A program made the position numbers and the translations under genes. The notes under the pieces were generated by a model. It had not been told where the DNA came from. It searched no databases and was given only the letters and a program-made list of their open reading frames with translations. 43,034 nt of DNA from the NCBI GenBank assembly GCA_964644245.1, contig CAZXUR010000007.1, forward strand, positions 1-43,034. Direction: 5' to 3'. Below are positions 1 through 9,310 of this stretch, piece after piece. This DNA comes from an uncultured archaeon. GTDB taxonomy: Archaea > Aenigmatarchaeota > Aenigmatarchaeia > CAZXUR01. Each line of letters opens with the position of its first letter. Position 1 is the stretch's first letter.

Positions 1-480
1 AAACACACTGGCAAACCCGAAGTCTAACACGAACTCGCCTTCTTCCTCCTCTTCCTCTTCCTCGTCTTCCTCGGGTATTTCCATGTGAGGACCTATATAG
101 ACATGAGTGTCGTTGACTTTTTGCACGTAAACCTTGTGTCTGCCTGGTTCTGCGGGTATCTCTCCATAGAGGACCGGGCCTCCAGTAACCGAGCTCAAAG
201 CATCGGCACGGGTCCCTCCCACGCTCATTCTCATGACTATGGTCCTGTTGACTACGAATATTTCCTCCACACCTTCGGGTATGTTCAGGTCTACGGATAT
301 CCTTCCGCCCAGAGAATATACTTGGTCTGCGGTGTCTGCGACTTTCCTAGTGGATTCCTTGGCCTCGAAGGCTCTCATAGAAGAAGAGGAGGTGTTTGCG
401 AAGAACATCATTGACGGTATTAGTATCAGCAGTAGACTTCCAAACATCACAATATATTCGGTTGCGGCCTGTCCCTTCAT
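1..480 (-). CDS. Class III signal peptide (type IV pilin-like) protein, 3' end truncated by window edge
   Basis: Not in the ORF track. ATG at 480 reads MKGQAATEYIVMFGSLLLILIP (K-G|Q-x-x-x-E followed by a hydrophobic helix) and stays open to position 1. Contains a poly-Glu linker and is paralogous to 512..1036. Confidence 0.85.
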   Translation of the reverse strand, partial: MKGQAATEYIVMFGSLLLILIPSMMFFANTSSSSMRAFEAKESTRKVADTADQVYSLGGRISVDLNIPEGVEEIFVVNRTIVMRMSVGGTRADALSSVTGGPVLYGEIPAEPGRHKVYVQKVNDTHVYIGPHMEIPEEDEEEEEEEEGEFVLDFGFASVF

Positions 481-511
481 AACTAAATTTATATAAGCCA
501 GTATAAATAGG

Positions 512-1036
512 TTAACAATCCTCGTCCTCTACGCTTGTACAAGGCACTCCGTAATCAGCCGGGCAAACCCCGTCTCCTGTTCCGCAATAGTAGTTCTGAC
601 CGCATATGACCACTCCGTGGCCTTCTCCGATTTTTATCAGCTTGTCAGTTATTCCCATCACCTTTACCATGTTTTCCCCTGATTTCATAGGAATGTGTCC
701 CACCAGTGTCACGTCCCTGTCTAGTATGCCTACAGCGTCTGCGTAGCCGTCTTTCACCTGCACCCGTATGAGCATGGTCTGGTTGGTGACAAGCGTGTGG
801 TTGACTGCGGTAGGCATGTATATGCGTACGGTCTTGGTCCCGCCACCAGCGTCGTAGATTTCTCCGGCTGCCCTCTGCAGTGTTTCTATGGACTCCCTGG
901 CCTGTTCGGCACGGATTGACCTGGTCTGAGCAGAACCCATGTAATTGACCACTCCAGTCACTGCTATGAGTATCACCCCGAATATGGTAATCACTTCCAT
1001 GGCAGTTTGTGCCTTTTTGGACTTTAACATTCGCAT
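512..1036 (-). CDS. Class III signal peptide (type IV pilin-like) protein with Cys-rich C-terminal tail
   Basis: KKAQTAMEVITIFGVILIAV prepilin-type N-terminus; C-terminal CGQNYYCGTGDGVCPADYGVPC...DEDC. Confidence 0.85.
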   Translation of the reverse strand: MRMLKSKKAQTAMEVITIFGVILIAVTGVVNYMGSAQTRSIRAEQARESIETLQRAAGEIYDAGGGTKTVRIYMPTAVNHTLVTNQTMLIRVQVKDGYADAVGILDRDVTLVGHIPMKSGENMVKVMGITDKLIKIGEGHGVVICGQNYYCGTGDGVCPADYGVPCTSVEDEDC

Positions 1037-1046
1037 AGTTATTCAC

Positions 1047-4000
1047 CTAATACTTGATTACACCCCTCCAGGTGTCAGTCGAACAGCAGGCGTATGGGAT
1101 GTATTCGGAAGAGTCTTCCTCTACACACGTCCCGCTGTTGTCAACTTCCTCATAGTAGCAGTGCTGGGCAGAAGGCGACCAAACCGATGTCTCTGTGTCA
1201 TCCGGCTGGAGATTCACCCCTGAAGGCGCGTCGTCGGTGTTGCAAGCGCTGGGAAGAGCCTCGCATTCGGTTGTCCCTGAGTTCCAGGTCAGGCCTGAAC
1301 AACAGCTGTCCGCATCCACCGCATACTCACCCTCTTGCGCACAGTTCGCACTGCACTCGAAGGAATCGCCTGAATTGACCTTCATGCAGTTATTCTCACA
1401 ATTGGCATCGTTTTCACAATCTGACGTGCTGGTACAGGGCGAAGCCCCGCAGACTCCCGTTGTCACCACATAGTCTGCCGTATCACTGCCAGAGCCTGTT
1501 GCACTCGCTGCTGTTACTGTGAATGTATAGGTACCGTCGGCAGCACCGGCATCAGAAGTGACCGACAGAGTAGACGAGTCTGAAGCACCCGGGTCAAGAT
1601 TTGTTATCGGGTCTATATCAAAAGCACTAGACCAACCGCCCGGAAGTCCTGATACGTCTAAATCAAAGTCAGATGAACCACAGGCAGCGTTGTCGTTGTT
1701 GGTCACCGTGACCGTATAATCAAGGGTGTTCCCAGCGTTCCCGCTCTGTGAAGAGGGGGAAACATCAACAGTCGGGTCTGCCCGGACGCAGTCCTGCACA
1801 CATCCTATATTCGTTACATCGAATCCTGTGTACCCATTACCGCCGTTGATTGAGTCGTCCGTGTGCCAGCTAATAGTACCTGATTCTCCGCCAGTGGCGT
1901 CAGTGCCTGTCCACGTGCCTGAGTGTCTGCTACCACTTATGTCCCAGTAATCGTTTATTGGTTCCGTATCGCCTGTAGAGTCCACTTCCATGGAAGACCC
2001 GGAAGGACAGGTACATGTAATCGAACATTCCATGTCGTTCCCGTATTCTGACTGACTTATGCCTACGTCCACTGTGTTGTCCCCGACCGTAAGACCAGAA
2101 CAGTCCCAGGCAGGACATCCTGGTGAGTATTTTAGGTATAAGGTGTAGGAGTTATCACCATTTACGTTGATGAGTCTGGAACTTGGTTTTGAAGAATCTC
2201 CGGTTTGTGAGTAGTCGTCTTTGCTTGCAGATATTACTGCGTCATCCATGTTTCCCACGTTGAAAGTCGCAACACCGGAACTGCTTGTTGTGTCCGATTT
2301 ATCCACGCCCATAGAGTTCTGAGTCATTTTGACTGTTGCTGAATCAATCAAGGCATCGGTATCATCGTCACCATCTTCACGCACAGTCACTGTAATTGTG
2401 TTCTCCCCCGGATTGCCACAAGGAGAACATGGACCTGAGGTTACGTCAATTGGCTGATATAATGCGGTGTATACCGCGTCTTCTGAAATGGTCTGTGTTG
2501 TCTGTAGATTGGTAGTAAGACTGCTCCCGTCCTTCTCCCATCTGCAGAACTGCATGTTGTTCCAGTTGTTCCAAGTGAAGCCATCGCTTGCGGTCAACGT
2601 CAGGTCGGAGTTCAGGGGTACGTCTATGGTGAATTCTGTGAAACCGGTCTGTGTGTTCCCTCCATCTATGTTGTAGTCGATGGAAACGCCTGACATGGTT
2701 TCTCCAGTAGACACTTCTGCGTTAACAGTCGCTGTTCTCAGTTCTTCAACCACGTAATCTGCGGTACCGCTTCCGCTGTAGGTCGGGTCTTCCTCTTTTT
2801 CAGCGGTTACAGTAAATGTGTATGGCCCTCCGGTCGCGTCCGAAGGAGAGGTCACGTCTATAGTAGTTTCCGCGGAGCTAGCTTCATCGACAGTCAACGG
2901 GTCTGTTGCAAATACGCCCGACCAACCGGCTTCAGGCGGGGTGAAGGTCAAGTCAAACGAAGACGCGTCGCACGCTTCATTGTCATTGTTGGCCACCCTG
3001 ACCGTATAAGTGATGGTGTCACCTGGGTTTCCCGTGTCTGTGTCCGGAGACACAGAAACAGTCGGATTATTTTCCTCGCAGTTACAAAAACCGAAACATC
3101 CAGTCGACTGGACGGATTGTTGGTTGTTGACGTTGTCCCTGGAATGGTAACGGACGTAACATGTGCTCGCACAACTCCGTTCTATGGGATCTAAATAAGC
3201 ATCAGAAGGAGTGCATGTATCCGAATTGTCCCAGCAGTACAAAGTCTGGGCAACACCACTACCACCGTCATCTGGATCGAGAGTCACTTTATAATCCCCT
3301 CCCCCCAAGTCTTCCACTGTATGCGATGTCGTGGGGTCGCGGTTGTCATGTCTTACATAGAACACGCATCCTGAGGTGGACGTATGATCCACATAATCGT
3401 AAACGGTAGCATACTCAGTGGAGGAAGACGTGTCCGAATTGTCCCAGTTGTATTCGTGTGAACAAGGGTTAGAAGTGTATTCATCGCCTGAGGATGTGGC
3501 ATAAGGGAAATTAACTTTTTGTACACCCACGTCATCGTCTGCAGACACACTCACTTCGTAACTTCCCGTACTGTCACTGTTGTAATAAATACGATTGTTT
3601 GGGTTCACGTATCCGTAACTGGAATCCGGTGACTCTGAAATAGACACGGAAGTACAGGACGGGTCCCCGTTGTCTGATTGGATTTCCTCTGTCTCCTCGT
3701 TTGAGACTTTGTCTCCGTCATCGACCCGGCAGTAGATAGTATGTCTGTTGGAGTCAGTCCATGGAGCAGAGAAAGTGCAGGAAGGGTCATCACTTTCATA
3801 ATCTCCGGTGCATAAGTCGCTCGCGCCAGAGGAAGTCCCGCAAAGAATTTTCAAATAATTGTTTTCAGGGTCAGAAGAACTAGCGGTTACAGTCACCGTT
3901 GTACCATCTTTCACGTAGGTTAATCCTCCTTCCTGGTAGGCAGAGGACGTGGAAATGGATGAGAGGCTGGGCGCACTGTTCGAGCAGCTGACGCCGCTCC

Positions 4001-5780
4001 TGTCAGAGCATAAGTTCTCGTCGCTCGAGTCCTGTACTTGGCATCTGAGGTCTTTGCTTCCGCTGGAACTCACATCGGATGATGAATGACTGAAAGGAGA
4101 ACCGGTACTATCGTCACTGACAGACTCGTCCGGACCGTCCTCATCTATGATTGCATAGGCGTGGTCTCCACCACCCCACGAACAATCCATAGTCACAGAA
4201 TATTCAAAGTAAGGATATCCGTTGTAGACACAGCTTGTATCGGTTACTGAAGCACTACACGAGGTACAACAGCATACACCCGACTCTTCGTTCGTACAAT
4301 AGTAATCGCCGTCAGACTCATACGTCTCTCCCGAACCATCGCAGGAAGATTGGCAGGAGGCGCTGTCGTGCCCGGCACATGCCTGTCCAGACGCAGTCGT
4401 ACACTTCTTGTGTATGCTTGGTGAACAGCTCACATAGTCGTTTGCTTCCCCACAGTCGTTGTCGTTGGAAAAGCCAGAACCGAAACACCTGATTTGCCAA
4501 GAATGGGGGTCAGAATCGGGTGGAGTTACTGAATATGTATCCGAATGCCACACACAATCTTGGTAGTCCGTTCCGTACCTACAGTCTGATAAAGAACTTC
4601 CGTCTCTGTATATGGACCTGACTTCATAACTGTAAGGGCTTGCTGTCCCCAAGAATTCGTAGTCTATGTTAAAAGAATCCCCGAAATACACATCTGAAGG
4701 GCATGACGTCAGTTGCACTTCACACTCATGGTTGTCGCAACAGTTCAAATCCTTGTCACAGTCCGAAGATGTGTCATAGCATTGTGGTGTAGCGGCACAA
4801 CAGTAGTCCAGAGACGAATCGCATTCGATGCCGCCACCTGCTTCCGGGTCACCGCAGTAGCAGGGCAAGTTTGTATTCGAACCGCATGAAGGGTCACACT
4901 CACAGTCGTATCGGCAGACGTCTGCTTCTGTATCCGCATAGCACGTGGATTCCCTTGCACAGCAGAATTCACCAGAAGAACATGTATCTGAGCTTGATAT
5001 AGAACTACCGCACCAACATTTTTCTGATACGTCAGATGCACAAGCCTCTGAACTGCATTCTGGGATACAGTCAGTGCCGTCCCATTTGTAATCTTCATCG
5101 CAATAAAAATACCAACATGTATCATCAGAGCTTGGATAGTTGTTTAAATTGTTTACTGAGCTGGAAGATACCCCATTTGATTTCCCTTTATAAGGATCAT
5201 CTGTTGGGTCACCACATTCAGCTAGAACAGCTGATCCCAAATCAGGATCAGATGGGGCATTTGAAGGAATGCACTTTGAAGAGTCGCAAATACAACCTTC
5301 TATACCACCATCAAGTGATCCTCTACCTGGGTTTGGATCGTAATCACAGCTCTCCCACCAATGACAGGGTTCTCCGTCTATCTGATATCTGTAGTCGTAA
5401 ATAGGCATATAATCATTGCCCAGAGTATCACAACCTCCGCATGATGTGCTGCTATCAGCTGTGTAACTACCAGGTGCACATTTGGTGCAGTCTGCCATCT
5501 CCGGCACTCCTGATATGTAAAGAGGTTTGTAGTAGCAATAACGGGAACCAGAAGAAGGATATACGATAGCAGGAGGAACACCGGGCGGTGAGCCTATTTT
5601 TTGTGTCTGGCAGTCTTCCTCGGCGAGAGATCCACTTTCTATATATGAACTGTCATAAAGGCAGTAATCAGATATAGAACTACAGCAAGCCTCGACACCT
5701 TGGGCATGGACACTAGGAATCGTCAGGATGATCAAGCTGAAAATTAAAAACAATACTCTCAGTTCTTCTTCAATCTTCAT
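1047..5780 (-). CDS. Large secreted Cys-rich multidomain surface protein (Ig-like/NEW3-like repeats, CUB-like domain)
   Basis: 1577-aa ORF with a signal peptide (...PSVHA), many Cys-rich modules and two related PTVxVSP...TYTVxVxNND...YTFTVTA domains; rich in Ser/Asp/Thr. Confidence 0.85.
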   Translation of the reverse strand: MKIEEELRVLFLIFSLIILTIPSVHAQGVEACCSSISDYCLYDSSYIESGSLAEEDCQTQKIGSPPGVPPAIVYPSSGSRYCYYKPLYISGVPEMADCTKCAPGSYTADSSTSCGGCDTLGNDYMPIYDYRYQIDGEPCHWWESCDYDPNPGRGSLDGGIEGCICDSSKCIPSNAPSDPDLGSAVLAECGDPTDDPYKGKSNGVSSSSVNNLNNYPSSDDTCWYFYCDEDYKWDGTDCIPECSSEACASDVSEKCWCGSSISSSDTCSSGEFCCARESTCYADTEADVCRYDCECDPSCGSNTNLPCYCGDPEAGGGIECDSSLDYCCAATPQCYDTSSDCDKDLNCCDNHECEVQLTSCPSDVYFGDSFNIDYEFLGTASPYSYEVRSIYRDGSSLSDCRYGTDYQDCVWHSDTYSVTPPDSDPHSWQIRCFGSGFSNDNDCGEANDYVSCSPSIHKKCTTASGQACAGHDSASCQSSCDGSGETYESDGDYYCTNEESGVCCCTSCSASVTDTSCVYNGYPYFEYSVTMDCSWGGGDHAYAIIDEDGPDESVSDDSTGSPFSHSSSDVSSSGSKDLRCQVQDSSDENLCSDRSGVSCSNSAPSLSSISTSSAYQEGGLTYVKDGTTVTVTASSSDPENNYLKILCGTSSGASDLCTGDYESDDPSCTFSAPWTDSNRHTIYCRVDDGDKVSNEETEEIQSDNGDPSCTSVSISESPDSSYGYVNPNNRIYYNSDSTGSYEVSVSADDDVGVQKVNFPYATSSGDEYTSNPCSHEYNWDNSDTSSSTEYATVYDYVDHTSTSGCVFYVRHDNRDPTTSHTVEDLGGGDYKVTLDPDDGGSGVAQTLYCWDNSDTCTPSDAYLDPIERSCASTCYVRYHSRDNVNNQQSVQSTGCFGFCNCEENNPTVSVSPDTDTGNPGDTITYTVRVANNDNEACDASSFDLTFTPPEAGWSGVFATDPLTVDEASSAETTIDVTSPSDATGGPYTFTVTAEKEEDPTYSGSGTADYVVEELRTATVNAEVSTGETMSGVSIDYNIDGGNTQTGFTEFTIDVPLNSDLTLTASDGFTWNNWNNMQFCRWEKDGSSLTTNLQTTQTISEDAVYTALYQPIDVTSGPCSPCGNPGENTITVTVREDGDDDTDALIDSATVKMTQNSMGVDKSDTTSSSGVATFNVGNMDDAVISASKDDYSQTGDSSKPSSRLINVNGDNSYTLYLKYSPGCPAWDCSGLTVGDNTVDVGISQSEYGNDMECSITCTCPSGSSMEVDSTGDTEPINDYWDISGSRHSGTWTGTDATGGESGTISWHTDDSINGGNGYTGFDVTNIGCVQDCVRADPTVDVSPSSQSGNAGNTLDYTVTVTNNDNAACGSSDFDLDVSGLPGGWSSAFDIDPITNLDPGASDSSTLSVTSDAGAADGTYTFTVTAASATGSGSDTADYVVTTGVCGASPCTSTSDCENDANCENNCMKVNSGDSFECSANCAQEGEYAVDADSCCSGLTWNSGTTECEALPSACNTDDAPSGVNLQPDDTETSVWSPSAQHCYYEEVDNSGTCVEEDSSEYIPYACCSTDTWRGVIKY

Positions 5781-5812
5781 AATCTATTTTTCTCTCCCTT
5801 TATATAAATAGC

Positions 5813-7399
5813 TTAAGATTCTGTAGTTTCTATAAGATTTATCCAATTTTTTACTAGCCACTCAGGTTGGGTTGTGTTATATGTTCCTTTTTCTTGTGCC
5901 AATTTATATACATCAATATCCCTATCTGGATAATAAGAGCCATCCCATTTTGCCCATCTATCTGGTCTTAAATCACCGTCGTCATCAAATTCATAATCTT
6001 CGACTTCTTCGTAGTACCATCCAGTTCTAAAAAGGTCGGGTTTTCCATCTCCTGTAGTATCGTACCAACCACCACCTTTTGGTGGTTCATCAGAAATTGA
6101 CCACTTTTCATATTTTTCATCCATATTTTTATCCAAAGCAGATGCTCCCAGTCCATAGCTCTTAACATGTTTTTCATCCCATTTACCATCTTCATCTTTG
6201 TCAAGGAAAACGAAATTTATATCCTTATCATCAACGTATTTTCTTCTTGTTATTGAATTAATTTTTCCATTGCTTTCATAATCTCCAACCGTCAATATAG
6301 GTTTCCCATCTTCATAGGCATTCCACAATTGTTTCGTGTTCATTTCACCGTCATATTTGGGTTTGGTTACCTTCAGATAATATTGTTCCCACCGATCCCC
6401 TATAAGACTTCCTATTTTCATTGTCCTCTCAATAAGTTCATCTGTTGTAGCATTTCTTTCTTCCTCTACTCTTATATCCTGTGTTCCATCTTCGTCTACA
6501 TCAAACCCCCACCAACTTTCTTTATAATTAGTGCCTTGGTATTTCATTACAGGCTCCGCTCCCAAATCCTTTGCCGTTGCCTTATGATAGTCAACGAATT
6601 CGTCTACTGACCTGTTCAAATTCACATCTACGTCAGAAACGGCCAATGGTAATGTATATGTTATTTCTCTCGACTCTCCGGGTTGCATATCCTCCAGACG
6701 CCATACTAAAAGACCCATATCATCAACCTTGATAGAAGGTTCCAGAGATGAAGTCACGTTTCCAAAGTATCTTCTATATTTTTTAGGCACGATTTGCATT
6801 GCCTGTATTTCTTTAACATTTTCAGTTGGATTTTCTGCTGTTATTTTTCCTTCCAAGAAATAATCCCCGTCTTTGCTCAAAATCGCAATGTCTCTGTATT
6901 CCTTACTCGGGTAAGGCACGTTTGATAAATCTTGTGGGTACTCGTAAAACATCCCGGTTTCATTTAATTTCAATACATTGTTTCCTTTCTTGTATTCAGC
7001 GGAAGTTACGGACCCGTCCGAATCGTGTTCCAGCCGAAGTTCCGCATCCCTGACACCGTCTTTGTCTAAGTCTAGTATGAATCTATCTCTTATACCATCT
7101 TCATCCATATCCATCTTCTCAAGAGCTTTGTACTTAGATGGACCATCTCCGCCGTCACCATCAAGCAAATCGTCAAACCACCCCTGCTTGTAACCGTGAT
7201 AACCCAAAGCTCCTATGGCAGCAATGACACCGGCAGCAATCCCTCCATAAATCAGTTTTCTCGCTGTAGTTCCGCCCTTTTTGTCCTCTAAGAAGTCGCT
7301 CCTGAAATTAGGTGTTTCTTGGAAAACGAAATCGTCTCTTAAATCTTCTATCCTTTTGCCTTTCTCCCATTCATCTATCCTTTCATCGAGTGTGGTCAT
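5813..7399 (-). CDS. Membrane-anchored protein with multiple DxDxDG Ca-binding loops
   Basis: Single N-terminal TM segment (LIYGGIAAGVIAAIGALGY); DMDEDGIRD, DLDKDGVRD, DVDEDGTQD, DKDEDGKWD and DTTGDGKPD motifs. Confidence 0.75.
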   Translation of the reverse strand: MTTLDERIDEWEKGKRIEDLRDDFVFQETPNFRSDFLEDKKGGTTARKLIYGGIAAGVIAAIGALGYHGYKQGWFDDLLDGDGGDGPSKYKALEKMDMDEDGIRDRFILDLDKDGVRDAELRLEHDSDGSVTSAEYKKGNNVLKLNETGMFYEYPQDLSNVPYPSKEYRDIAILSKDGDYFLEGKITAENPTENVKEIQAMQIVPKKYRRYFGNVTSSLEPSIKVDDMGLLVWRLEDMQPGESREITYTLPLAVSDVDVNLNRSVDEFVDYHKATAKDLGAEPVMKYQGTNYKESWWGFDVDEDGTQDIRVEEERNATTDELIERTMKIGSLIGDRWEQYYLKVTKPKYDGEMNTKQLWNAYEDGKPILTVGDYESNGKINSITRRKYVDDKDINFVFLDKDEDGKWDEKHVKSYGLGASALDKNMDEKYEKWSISDEPPKGGGWYDTTGDGKPDLFRTGWYYEEVEDYEFDDDGDLRPDRWAKWDGSYYPDRDIDVYKLAQEKGTYNTTQPEWLVKNWINLIETTES

Positions 7400-7432
7400 A
7401 CTATTAGCTATTAGTAGAAATGCTTAAAAGGA

Positions 7433-7795
7433 TTATTTTATGGACTGGATGCACTCTTCTCTTGTCTCGTCTCCCCTTATGTCTTCGCAGAGGCTCGAAT
7501 CACCGGAGAAATAGGCGTCACAGTAAAGCTGGGCATCGTATACAATCAATTCCCCGCAAATGCTCTCGTCGTTTTCCTGAATCGCTAAATCAACCTTACA
7601 AAGGTCTTTCTTCCTTCCAGATTCAAAGGAGTTACAATATTCCATGGTCAATACTTCTGTTACAGTCGTGGTTGTGGTCCCGGCTATAGTGGTGGAAGTG
7701 GTGGTTGTTATAGTGGGAGGTTGGTTCAAAAAAAGATACCAGAAACCCACAATCAGGAAGACTACGGTCAATGTTGCCAAAACCCATTTAAGCAT
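7433..7795 (-). CDS. Small membrane-anchored protein with Thr linker and Cys repeats
   Basis: N-terminal TM, poly-Thr stalk, repeated C-x(9-10)-C-x3-A-x4-D-x2-C units; paralog of the adjacent gene. Confidence 0.75.
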   Translation of the reverse strand: MLKWVLATLTVVFLIVGFWYLFLNQPPTITTTTSTTIAGTTTTTVTEVLTMEYCNSFESGRKKDLCKVDLAIQENDESICGELIVYDAQLYCDAYFSGDSSLCEDIRGDETREECIQSIK

Positions 7796-8074
7796 TCAAC
7801 CCACCTTTGTCTTGCAGATTTCCTTAGTCTCCACGTTTTCTATTTCATCGCAATAACTTACATCCCCTTCCACTAAGGCCTTGTCGTAGTAGCATCTATC
7901 CTTCTGAACACCGGTCAGGGCTTCGCAGTCGTCGTATTTGGTGTCGACCGTGGCCACAATGGTGGTAGTAGTGGTGATGGTTGTGGTCGGGGCTTCAGTG
8001 GTGGTAGTTGTTTCAGGCAACTGTCCAACACACCCGCTGACTAATATTAACATAATTATGAGTGCCTTCTTCAT
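7796..8074 (-). CDS. Putative lipoprotein with Thr linker and Cys repeat
   Basis: Likely start MKKALIIMLILVSGC (lipobox-like), poly-Thr, then DRCYYDKALVEGDVSYCDEI. Confidence 0.75.
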   Translation of the reverse strand: MKKALIIMLILVSGCVGQLPETTTTTEAPTTTITTTTTIVATVDTKYDDCEALTGVQKDRCYYDKALVEGDVSYCDEIENVETKEICKTKVG

Positions 8075-8078
8075 AATC

Positions 8079-8993
8079 TTATTTCGTACTGCTCCCATAT
8101 ATACTTTTTGTTCTCGGTAAATCTGAAATACCGAACATGTCTACCGTCAGGGAGTTTATTCGGGTCAAAAGCAGGAAGGTCAAACCGGCGGTCAGGGAGA
8201 AGCCCAGGAACTGGAAGATTAAGGCGCTGCCACCCTCTGCTATTCCCAGACCTGACGGGGACACGGGGACGAACATGATGGTCGTCAGCAACGGTTGGAG
8301 GAACAGTGCGGTTAGGAAACCTATGGGAAGGTTGAGGGATGATGCTACGAAGTACCACTGGAGGCCTAAAAGGAGCCAGCTGAGGAGGTCGATGAGGATG
8401 AAATAGAGGTAGAGTCTCTTGGACAGGGCCTTCCTACACGCCTGCATCGCGGAAACATACTTGTGGATTTTTCCCGGTATCTTCTTGAGGACGAGAATGG
8501 GCAACTGTGTGTAGAGTGTGAGGAAAATGGCTGCAGCTAAGATAAGGATAAACACGACTGACAGGACGACCAGGTTCATTATCCTTGTAATCAGAAGCGA
8601 GAAATAAATCAAGGACAGCAAAATCAGGGCAACTTTCAAGACAAGTGTGATTCCTTGGAAAAGTATCAGATAACCGGCCTTTTCTGAGACGCTGCTCCGT
8701 GACTTCCTGGCTGCCGAGTAGGCCGTATAAAGATAACCGCTCCTGGCAGGGGTGACGTATGTGTAGAACATGCCTCCCAAGTGGGAGAAGAACAGCTCCT
8801 TGAAGGGCAAATGGTAGACCAGAGACAACTTGTAAGTGGCGACCAATTCGTTGACCAGGAATACTAACAACGCGGCCACGAAATAGATTGGGTTGACAGT
8901 TATCAGGAGGGAGGCGACTTCTGATGGGCCAAGACTCAAAATCAGGGCGGCTAGGATGACCAGGCCTATGACGACTGACAGGGCCCTTTTCAT
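8079..8993 (-). CDS. Flippase-like membrane protein (lysylphosphatidylglycerol synthase TM / UPF0104 family)
   Basis: About 8 TM segments; family motifs TPARSG and PVSPSGLGIAEG...LLTR; divergent from a GT2 gene. Confidence 0.85.
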   Translation of the reverse strand: MKRALSVVIGLVILAALILSLGPSEVASLLITVNPIYFVAALLVFLVNELVATYKLSLVYHLPFKELFFSHLGGMFYTYVTPARSGYLYTAYSAARKSRSSVSEKAGYLILFQGITLVLKVALILLSLIYFSLLITRIMNLVVLSVVFILILAAAIFLTLYTQLPILVLKKIPGKIHKYVSAMQACRKALSKRLYLYFILIDLLSWLLLGLQWYFVASSLNLPIGFLTALFLQPLLTTIMFVPVSPSGLGIAEGGSALIFQFLGFSLTAGLTFLLLTRINSLTVDMFGISDLPRTKSIYGSSTK

Positions 8994-9046
8994 AGTCCTA
9001 ATAAGCTTATAAGTATATATTAGTTAATTGACTTATGCTGTCGGTC
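8985..9046 (+). repeat. 62-bp direct repeat, left copy
   Basis: CCTTTTCATAGTCCTAATAAGCTTATAAGTATATATTAGTTAATTGACTTATGCTGTCGGTC matches 11608..11669 at 61/62 positions. Confidence 0.95.
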
Positions 9047-9157
9047 TGATTATAGACGGGACTGACAAATTATTGGACGAAGAGAATAGTCATTGGGTTA
9101 ATTTAACATCAAGATAATTATTTAAAGATGTTTATGGAAGTATTTATGGTTGTTGGT

Positions 9158-9304
9158 ATGCTAAGAAAGTTTTTGGAGGAAGAGTTTGTGTTTTTTTCAG
9201 AACCTGAAGAAATAGAATCAAGTTACACAATGAAGATATGTACAAATACCTGTGCATGCGCATCTTGCTGGCCTTACAAGTCAGAATATAAGAAAAGAGA
9301 GTAG
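9158..9304 (+). CDS. Putative RiPP precursor peptide (48 aa, acidic leader, CxxxCxCxxC core)
   Basis: Manual translation gives MLRKFLEEEFVFFSEPEEIESSYTMKICTNTCACASCWPYKSEYKKRE. It ends 6 bp before the rSAM/SPASM ATG. Alternative in-frame ATGs lie at 9128, 9134 and 9146. Confidence 0.75.
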   Translation: MLRKFLEEEFVFFSEPEEIESSYTMKICTNTCACASCWPYKSEYKKRE

Positions 9305-9310
9305 TAGAAA

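Noticed and set aside
9101-9128. dif-like 11-6-11 arrangement ATTTAACATCA-AGATAA-TTATTTAAAGA
   Set aside because: Only one arm resembles a Xer site, no partner site lies at the other cassette end, and it is equally explained as an AT-rich promoter.
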